Source: Salpingoeca rosetta | Taxonomy: Eukaryota; Protista; Choanoflagellata | DNA length: 64,000 nt | Direction of reading: 5' to 3' | Assembly (NCBI GenBank): GCA_033442325.1 | Contig: JAWQFM010000016.1 | Coordinates: forward strand, 1,097,679-1,161,678 | Shown here: one piece after another, positions 54,920-64,000 of the stretch | Layout of the letters: every line of letters begins with the position of its first letter | Position numbering within the stretch: position 1 is the first letter of the stretch | The notes under the pieces: generated by a model | What the model was told of the DNA's origin: nothing | The model's database searches: none | The model's input: only the letters and a program-made list of their open reading frames with translations | Program-made: the position numbers and the translations under genes

Positions 54920-57321
54920 TCATCATCATCGCCGCCCTGCACCCGCGCTGTTCTCCTTGCAAGCGACGCTTCAGCAGCAAGACGAAGCCAATCACCTGCA
55001 CAGCCTGTGCTCCACGCTCCTCCTGCATTCCCGCGGCCATAGCGTCGATCTGGCTTTGTGGAAGAACCTCGAGTCCTTGACGGTTGCCCATGTGGACAGG
55101 CTCGTGATTCATGCTTACGCAGCAATGGCTGAGCGTGTCTCTTTCCATGACGTGGCACACCTTTGGTGGCAGACATCGCAGGACCAGCATGCGATCCGTG
55201 GGGAATTCCAGCACGTGCGGCACTGCACCCTCATCTACCAGGCGGCCCCCGTTGACGTGAGTGCGCTGGCTGGCGTCGCGTCTCTCAGGCTGCAGAGTCT
55301 GCGGCCGTCCCAGGGCGACACCCACCTCGACCTTGCACCACTTGTGGGCGTGGGCCAGCTGGAAATATTCGACAGGCAATGCATCAACTCACAGCCAGCC
55401 ATTGCTGCGGCACGCGGCACCGTGGACGTCACCGAGTGCAACATCACCACTGACACCCTCGTTGCCACCCGCGTCAACATCACACGGACCGTCTCCGTGC
55501 CACCTGGCCTGCACCTCCCCAACGCCACGCACATTGAGCTCCATGACGCTGCCACGAGTGTGCTCACCTGCCCCGCCCACCTCCACCAGCTCATCGTGCG
55601 AGACCGCCGTCGGCACTCCCACGCGCTGCCAGCGTTCACACACGCGTCGCAGGTGCACCTGGAGCTGAGCCACGCGCTCACGCCCGAGCAGCTGACGGAC
55701 CTCGGCAGGCGCACACGGCACCTCACCATCTACCGCAGCCTCGGGCACGTCAGCGACCTGTGCGGCATTCCAGAGAGCACGCACGTGTCACTGGTGGACG
55801 TGCGCGTGGATGCACCTGTCCCGCCGTGTGTGAAAGAGCTGCAGCTGACCATGCGCGGTGGGCTCTCAGCCAGCTTCGTGGCCAGCGTCCCACGCCTCTC
55901 GCTCCGTGGCAGCGTCCGGCGCGAGCGCATTCAAGACTTTCACCTTCTGTCTGGCCGCCCCACACCTTTGGTGGCAGACATCGCAGGACCAGCATGCGAT
56001 CCGTGGGGAATTCCAGCACGTGCGGCACTGCACCCTCATCTACCAGGCGGCCCCCGTTGACGTGAGTGCGCTGGCTGGCGTCGCGTCTCTCAGGCTGCAG
56101 AGTCTGCGGCCGTCCCAGGGCGACACCCACCTCGACCTTGCACCACTTGTGGGCGTGGGCCAGCTGGAAATATTCGACAGGCAATGTATCAACTCACAGC
56201 CAGCCATTGCTGCGGCACGCGGCACCGTGGACGTCACCGAGTGCAACATCACCACTGACACCCTCGTTGCCACCCGCGTCAACATCACACGGACCGTCTC
56301 CGTGCCACCTGGCCTGCACCTCCCCAACGCCACGCACATTGAGCTCCATGACGCTGCCACGAGTGTGCTCACCTGCCCCGCCCACCTCCACCAGCTCATC
56401 GTGCGAGACCGCCGTCGGCACTCCCACGCGCTGCCAGCGTTCACACACGCGTCGCAGGTGCACCTGGAGCTGAGCCACGCGCTCACGCCCGAGCAGCTGA
56501 CGGACCTCGGCAGGCGCACACGGCACCTCACCATCTACCGCAGCCTCGGGCACGTCAGCGACCTGTGCGGCATTCCAGAGAGCACGCACGTGTCACTGGT
56601 GGACGTGCGCGTGGATGCACCTGTCCCGCCGTGTGTGAAAGAGCTGCAGCTGACCATGCGCGGTGGGCTCTCAGCCAGCTTCGTGGCCAGCATCCCACGC
56701 CTCTCGCTCCGTGGCAGCGTCCGGCGCGAGCGCATTCAAGACTTTCACCTTCTGTCTGGCCGCCCCAAGCTCGCCATGCAAGAGTGCACCATTGACGGCG
56801 AGATTGCTCGTTGTCAGCACGTGCGCCTTCGCGACTGCAGCGGCGCGGCTGCTGTTGCTTCCGTTGACTGCCTGGTGGTCAATGAGGCAAGGCTCGGCGC
56901 ACCCGCAGACGACGATGACCAAGTTGCCAGCACCAACATCAACATCATCTGCTTCAGGCAGGCACGTGCGCTTCGCCTCACGCGCGTGCGTGACGTGAGC
57001 ACGTGTCGCCTCTGTTACTGCGACATTGAGGACTTTGCCTGCATGCAAGGCGTCAAGCGGCTTATCCTGTCAAACTGCTCCTTCAACAGCCTTGACGGCC
57101 TCCCGCCCGTGCAGTCTTTGGTCATTCGCAACTGCACCAACGCGCGAAATCAGCGCTGGGCAGACGTGGTGTTGGTGGACCGCCCGCCCTCGGAGCTGTC
57201 GTCTCTCCTTGCTGAAGCGCTGCGGCAGGAACAGCTCGCAGCCATCAGCCGAAAGCCGCCCAGGACGAAGAGGGGGCGCAGAGTGCAAGTCAGGGCGCGA
57301 CGACGAGGTGGTGGTGACTGA
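54083..57321 (+). pseudogene. Intronless degenerate LRR-like hypothetical gene, disrupted by a frameshift near 54750-54780 and an 805-bp out-of-frame tandem duplication
   Basis: ORF 54083-54781 continues in another frame from about 54777. LRR-like segments include LAPLVGVGQLEI, VKRLILSNCSFNSLDGLPPVQSLVIRNC. The C-terminus is basic. Confidence 0.5.
55156..56766 (+). repeat. Tandem duplication, 2 x 805 bp (55156-55960, 55961-56765)
   Basis: Both copies start CACACCTTTGGTGGCAGACATCG. I saw only two substitutions (TGC/TGT and GTC/ATC). Confidence 0.93.
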
Positions 57322-58281
57322 TGTTGAGATGGAGCGGGGGGAGGTTCATGGGGAATGCTGGGTGTTCTTGTGGATGATGAGTGTTTTGTGTGCAGGGTAC
57401 ATGTTTTTTTTTTTTTTTTTTTTTTTGGTTGGGGTTAGTGAGCGAGACCGTCGATGGAGTCTCTTACACTCGGCTGCGATTGGTCTTCCTTGCAGCTCTT
57501 GCAGCTGCTTCGTTGCCCTGTGCTGATGGTGTGTATGTGCATCTTTAATTGATCTACAAGCAACAACCGACAATACATTCACAGCACTGCTTCGCGCACA
57601 AGACCTCACCTCACCTCGCGTCACGCGTGCGTGCAATGTTGACAACAAGACTTTGTACGCGTATGTGTGTGTTTGTGTGTGTTTGTGTGTCCTTTCCATC
57701 TGAGCCACGTTTCTTGTTGTTCAAGCGTGTGGTAGCTGAAGGGTCTTCTTGAGTGAGAGATGGTACACATAAAGATACTTAAAACCTCAAGCAAAGCGAG
57801 TGAAAGGAGTCATACAGGGCGTCACATCATCAGCCCGTCAATAAACAGCTGGAACGCGTTCTGATGTGGTGATACCACCACGACAAGCAATAACAACACC
57901 TCACGACACACGACTAACATGGGCAGATTGGAGAAGACAGAATAAATACTACAACACACACTCTGTTGGCACACGTACACCAAAGGGACATCAAAGCAGA
58001 TACGCACACACACACACACACACACACACACGCCAACACCATAATGAACAAAATCAACACCAAGCAACGCCAAACTGAAATCAAATCACGTCAAAAACAT
58101 GGCTTCACTAGAATCATCAAACGCACACGCGCACACGAAACAGGAACGGCGCATGGCATCGTGTCACCACATGGCACCGTGCAACAACGCCCAGTGAGCA
58201 ACAATGCAAACGCTTTCTGTAGAATCAAAACACACAAAACTAGATACGATTTGTTGAGGCAGAGAGAGATAGAGAGAAACA

Positions 58282-61200
58282 TCACGAGGACGATGGGCGA
58301 GAAGTGCACCTGAGCAGGGCGTGCGATGATGACGACGACGGCGATGGTGGTGCCGGCGGGTGCGACGAGTGGCCAAGCGCGCGCTTCTCGCTGCTGTTCT
58401 GTCTGCGCAGGAGCGGGGCGGACCGGAGGGCGGGCATGGTCGGGTGCATGGACGGCGGCTCAATGTCGGGGTGCGACACAAAGCTCTGCACGGAGTCCGC
58501 TCGCGAGCTCGGTTGAGACCTGTTGTCAGGGGGGGGGGAACACAAGTACACTCGGGTGAGCTGGATGGCGAGCGTGTGTGATTGTAGTTGCGGTCGTGAT
58601 TGTGGTTGGCGATGGGGGGGGGGACAACAAGCACAAATACAAGTACACAGGGACACACAGGGACACACAGGGACACACAGGGACACACAGGGACACACAC
58701 ACACACACACACACACAAAGGAAACTCACCCGTCGTCGCTGTGTGTGGCGGGCATGTGCTTTGACTCGCGCCGAACAATGCTGTCGACATCCTGCCATGA
58801 CGACCGCAGCTGGCCCTGCAGACTGTCCCGCACGCGCTCCTGCGAGAGGTACTGCCAGTAGCGGTGGTCGACGCGAAGGGGCGACAGCTCCCGCGCCTGG
58901 GACCGCCGGTTCAGACCTGTGCATCGCGGTGGTGATAGTGGTGGTGGTGGCGATGGTGAGACAGTGGAAGCGGAAAAAAGGTGGAGGCGTAAAAGGGTGG
59001 CGGACAAGAAAGAGGAAGAAAACAAAAAAAAAAAAAACAGCTCATGCCAATACGAAAACACACCCACACCCACACACACCCACCCACACCCACACCCACA
59101 CACACCCACCCACACCCACACCCACACACACCCACCCACACCCACACCCACACACCCACACACACTCACACCCACACCCACACACCCACACACACACTCA
59201 CATCCACCCACCCACCCACACCCACACCCACACACCACACACACCACACACACCCACACACACCCACACACACCCACACACACGCACACACACACACACA
59301 CACACACACCTGGCGAGTCGTATGTGGTGCTCTGGACGGGTGCTGGTGCGAGGGTGGCGCGTGGGGGAACGGCATACTTGCCGTGCCACGTCTCGCGCAT
59401 GCGATGGTTCCTGCTTGCGGCCTGCACAAACTGCTTATGGTGTCGCACACGCTGCACAGCCGCCCGCCTGCGCTCGAGGTCCTCAAACTGCGCGCGGGAG
59501 AGCGACTCGTGCACGCGGCGGCGCATGATGACGCGGTCCGTCTGCTTAAGCATGCGGTCAATGTCCCATCGGTTCATCGCCTTCATGTGCTGCATCGCCC
59601 GCTCCTCGCGCTGCTGCCGCACGCGCTCGTGGCGCTCGCGGTCCTCTTCCCCACGCGCCTCAGCCATCGTGTCCAGCAGGGACTGGTGGGTGCTCTTGTC
59701 GCGGTCAAGGTGCGCGCGATCGGCAATGGCAGTGGAGATGCGGTGCGCCATGGCCTCCCGCTTGCCGTCCTCAACAGCATCCACCTTGCTGCGCTTGTCC
59801 ATGGCATCGTCCCTCTCCTTTGCCCGCCGGTGTGAGCGCGACACAGACCTGGCTGCGGACATGAGCACGCCCGCAGGCCCCCCTGTGTACCGCGCACCGC
59901 GCAGGTTGCGCCGCCGCCGCTGCGCCGCTGTCGACGGCGAGTGCGAGTGCTGGGCAGTGCCTGCGTGCGTCGCGGCAGTCCCGGCTGCGCTGCGCATGTG
60001 TCCGCGCTCGCTGGAGGGCGGGGTGGTTGGCCGCCGCGCGTCTGTGAGCGACGTGGCAGACAGCGGGCCTGCTGGCGGTGACGCCGGCGTGTCTGATTGG
60101 GCAAACAGCGGAGCCATGGTGACGGATCCGCGCGAGGCAACGGTGGACCAGCAACGATTCATTGCCGCCCGCCCGTATTCGTTCTCCGCATCCAGCACAT
60201 CTGTTGTCGACGGCGCCGTCTGCGGCGGCTGGTGGTGGTGCGGTGGTGCAAGTGTGGAACAGGACGAGCTGCGGTGCAGGCTGCCCATGCTGCTGCTGCC
60301 GATGCTGCTGGTGTGGTGGGAGAGGGTGAGGGCGCTGGAGATGTTGGTGCTGGCCAACACGTTGCCGGCGGACCAGTTGGGATGCACAACTGAGCCCGCG
60401 TACTCAGGCAGATGCGAGCTGGCGCGGGACGACAACACATCACGCCCACTGACACGATGCTGCTGTTGCTCGTGTTGTTGGTCATGTTGTTGCGCGGTTC
60501 CTTCCACATCATCATCACCATATACGCCGCCATCACCACGCTCATCACCGTTCTCGTCCTCGTCGTCGCTGCCACTGCCAAAGACGACGGCAGCCGCGCT
60601 GCTTGGGCGGCTCGGGTGCAGGATGGCTAGCATGTCTGCTGGTCGAATGTGGGCAGGCAGGGCGTTAATGCGCACGTTGTCGGAAACACTGCGGCTGCGG
60701 GGTCGCTGGTGTTGCTGGTGTTGTTGCTGGTGTTGTGGGTGTGACATGCTGGTGGTGCTTGTGACGCTGGCGGATGGGCCGAGAGGCGGCAGGACAACAC
60801 CGCCACTGCCGCCACCACCAGCGCTGCTGCTGCTGCTGCCTGTAGCTGTTGCTGTGGCGGCGGCGATGGTGCTGGCGCTTGTGGTGTGCTTGAGGTGGTG
60901 GCGGCGGCGCGGCGCATCACGTGAGGACGGCCTGTACCCGCTGTCGATGGGCGCTGTGGGGCCGCCGTCCTGGATGCTGGTGGCGGAGTGCGTGCCGCGA
61001 ACACCAAGTGGGTTGCGTTGGCTGGTGTGCAAGCCGTAGCTCAGGGCAAGGTCGTCATCGTGGCCAGGGTGCTCATCCGCGACGTCGGGCAGACCAAAGT
61101 ATGATGCCGAGCTGGGCGGGTCTGTGGTGTAGTGGTGGCCAAGGTGGGTCGTGCTTGTGGTGCTGCTCTGGCCGCTTGTTCTCGTTCTCGCATGCCTGCT

Positions 61201-61830
61201 GCCGGTGCGGCTGTGTCTGGTGGCGGGGCGAGAGCCCGAGGTGGCGAGGTCACGCTCGCTCATCTGCAGCTTCTCAAGCACGCTGCTCACCAGCTTTGCC
61301 TCATCCACATGGAATGGTTCGCTGCTCCGATCCGAGCGCTGGCGATGGCCATTGTCGCTGTGACCAACATCCTTGCCTTGCGTGGCATCCACGCCCGCAG
61401 TACCTTCGTTGGGACCTGCGTCTTGCGGTTGCTGCGGTTGCTGTGGTTGTTGTTGTTGCAGAGGCGGTGGTGGCGTGGTGCCATCGCTGACCTCTCCCTT
61501 CTCAGGGCTGCTGTGATCGTGGGCATCGTCGCCTTCTGCTTGCACTGCACCGGTAGACAGAGCGTCGTCTTGGTGTTGCTGTGCGTGGCTGCCGCCGTCG
61601 CCCTCGGTCTGGGGTGTGGCCGGCGCTGTCGGGGGCCGTGACGATTGGTCGCACGACGACATGGACATGGGCGTTGCCGGCTGGTGGTGTTGTTGTTCAT
61701 GCGGTTGTTGATGCGGTTGTTGTTCATGCGGTTGTTGTTCATGCGGTTGTTGTTCATGCTTGGAGTACTGCGCCGATAATGCGGGCGCATCTGAAGCAAG
61801 CATCCTCACGTTTGAAGCCATCCCCAGCAT
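58282..61830 (-). CDS. Large low-complexity protein with C-terminal charged coiled-coil, function unknown; exons ~61830-59310, ~58917-58730, ~58519-58282
   Basis: An 840-codon first exon rich in S/H/Q/T with an R/E-rich helical region (EARGEEDRERHERVRQQREERAMQHMK...). Two GT-AG introns with TG/CA repeats join in frame. Confidence 0.65.
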
Positions 61831-63276
61831 TGGGAATGAGTACTGAGCCGCCGCGGTTGAGAGGATCGTGCTGGTGGGTGATGGGTGAGTTCGAGGAGGG
61901 GAAGGGGTATGCGTGCGGCCGTTGGAATGCTCAAGTGGATGACGCGATGCTGTGGTTGTGGTCGTGGGCTGTTGCTGGTGGTTTGTTACTCAAGTTGTTG
62001 TTCAAGGTGTTGCTGTTCAAGGTGTTGCTGTTCAAGGTGTTGCTGTTCAAGGTGTTGCTGTTCAAGGTGTTGTTGCTGAGGCGTTTGCACGTCTCTTGTG
62101 GTTGTTGTCAAGACGCAGCACGCTCTTGCGTGAGTGTTGAAGAAAGAAAAGTCCCTGATACACTGCTGTCCCCGTTGCCGTTCTTGTGTTAAAAATGCAG
62201 TTGATCCTTGCGGTGGCATGGGTTGCTTGCCTGCTTGCGGTTTCTCAGTGGTGGGTGATGTTCGCGGCAGTGCACGCATGCATGGAAGCTGCTGTAGGTT
62301 GTTCAGATCACCACCACCAAAGGCCTCAAACGTCTTGGTTGCCTCTTGTTTGCGTGCGTGCGTCTTTGCTTGCTCGCTCGGTGTTGCGCGCGAGAGGGAG
62401 ACGTTACAACTGCTGTTGCGGGGCGATAGATAACGGAGGACAACAACCCTAATGCTCGGTGTCAAGGAGGAAGGGGGTGCAGCCGTGCGCCGTCTGAGCA
62501 TACATAAATGACGGTCGCACAACACCCCCGCTGGTCAGGTGCTGCCCAGACGCTGGCTGTGGCGTTGAGAGCGGCGGTGAGAGCGATGCGTTTCGACAGG
62601 AATGTCCGCTGGCAGTGTCACCCACACGGAAATTCCATTGAAGATATAAGCAAATCGTAAACAACGCACAAGTGTTTGGTGGTGCGTTGTTGTTGTTGTT
62701 GGGGTCGCTCGTCGCTTAGGACGCAATACATGCTGTCGGTGAGGTATTGAGAATCTTTCCAAAAAATCGTATGCTTTGCGCGTGTGTGGGGGTTTTGTTT
62801 GTGTTTGTTGTTGTGCGGTTGTGTTGTGCTTGCCTGCAAGGCAAGCGCGCTATCGCAGCAACAAACAACACACACACACACAACAACACACGCCTTCTTC
62901 CTCTTCATTCCTTCTTCCACGCTGCTTCGCTTGTGCTTGTGTGTGGTGTGTGTACCGTCTCACGTCTCTCTCTCTTTGCAGCGCTCTGCTGTTGCAGAGA
63001 GGAAGCTTTGTGGTCCAGCTTTGCGGTCTTGAGACCTGACAAACAAAACCTACAAAGGCAAAAGCAGAGCTCAGCTTTCAAGCAGCTTGCAAGCAGCGTT
63101 CATTTGTTGTTTGTTCTCCTTTGCCAGTTCTTCTTTCTTCTTTCTGCTTTGCTTGTTCTGACTCTCGTGCGTGTCGCCGTCTGATCACCTTGTTTTGCAG
63201 CATCCGCACACCGCACACACGCACGCCGCATCCGTTGACACAAAGCTACACACAAGCAGCACAGCGAACCAAGACC

Positions 63277-64000
63277 ATGTCAACCATGTTGGTGCTGGTT
63301 GCGGCGGTGACGATGATGACGTCGCCAGGAGGGCTTCTTCAGACCGCGCTTGGATCCTCCGTGGACCTGAGCTCGCTGTACAGCAACGCTGCCTACCAGT
63401 GCGCGGCAGATCGCTGCTACAACCCAACGCAGCAATGTACCGCCCAGACAGGGTGCAACGCCGTCCTTGCCTGCAGGCAGGCCTGTTACACCTCCTACCC
63501 TCTCACCACCAACAAGCTTTCGCTCGTCAACTGCCTTGAGTCCTGCCCCGCGCAGGCAGACTCCACAGGCAGCGCCCTCTACGCCCAATACGAAGCATGC
63601 TACACCGTCATGTGCCAAGATGGTGTGTAATGTGCGCGTGTGTGTGTGTATACGCATGCGTGTGCGTGTGCGCGTGTGCGTACGCGCGTGTACGTGTGTG
63701 GGTGAGTGCGTGCGTGTGTGTGTGTGTGTGCGCGTGTGGGTGCGTGTGCGCGCGTGTGTGTGTGTGTGCTATTCGATACACCTGTGTATGTTCTTGCGTG
63801 TGTGTGTGTGTGTGTGCACTACGGTTCGTTTTCTTCCGCTTTTTCCCGTGTCTCACTGCAGCCTACATTTGTATGTCACTCATCCGCATTTCTCCACCCT
63901 CTTCCCCCTCCTCGAATCCCAATATCATCCAATCACGTTGCTCACGGCTTTTACTTTCCATCGGCAACAGTGGTGCAATACGAACTGTGTGCTGGCTACA
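63277..64000 (+). CDS. Secreted Cys-rich protein, 3'-truncated; exon 63277-63622, next exon from 63971
   Basis: Signal-like N-terminus and a 10-Cys helical motif C-x4-C-x6-C-x5-C-x5-C-x3-C-x15-C-x3-C-x17-C-x4-C. A phase-1 GT-AG intron continues [10 protein letters not shown]. Confidence 0.7.

Noticed and set aside
61990-62075. 15-bp tandem repeat (GTTCAAGGTGTTGCT)n as CRISPR or a coding repeat
   Set aside because: It has no spacers and is not in frame with the downstream ORF; it is a simple minisatellite.

Overview
Eukaryotic, intron-rich, GC-rich-exon genomic DNA with (TG)n/(CA)n microsatellite-filled introns and two N gaps. Composition and gene content suggest a choanoflagellate such as Salpingoeca rosetta; this is inference, not verified. 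I rebuilt the gene models by hand from GT/GC-AG sites and reading-frame phase. Genes in order: 3' part of an ACAP-type PH-ArfGAP-ankyrin gene; a TrpD-TrpE-TrpG triple fusion; a small Cys-repeat single-pass receptor with Tyr motifs; an Asp-box/Kelch-like secreted protein; a 6-exon C2HC zinc-finger gene missed by the ORF track; an 8-exon type-I membrane protein combining Notch-like ankyrin repeats with a C-terminal bZIP; a GT32 mannosyltransferase; a class II DAHP synthase; cytoplasmic dynein-1 heavy chain, whose 3' end appears twice (probable assembly artefact); an SLC35F transporter; a frameshifted, internally duplicated LRR-like gene; a low-complexity coiled-coil gene; and the start of a secreted protein with a VDE-like Cys-rich domain. 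The two most striking candidates are (1) the signal peptide-ectodomain-TM-ANK-NLS-bZIP protein (17704-22504), which may be a Notch-like receptor carrying its own DNA-binding domain, and (2) an unannotated, highly structured 390-nt putative Pol III RNA gene (50968-51357) with a TATA box, a B-box-like motif, paired ends and an oligo-T terminator.
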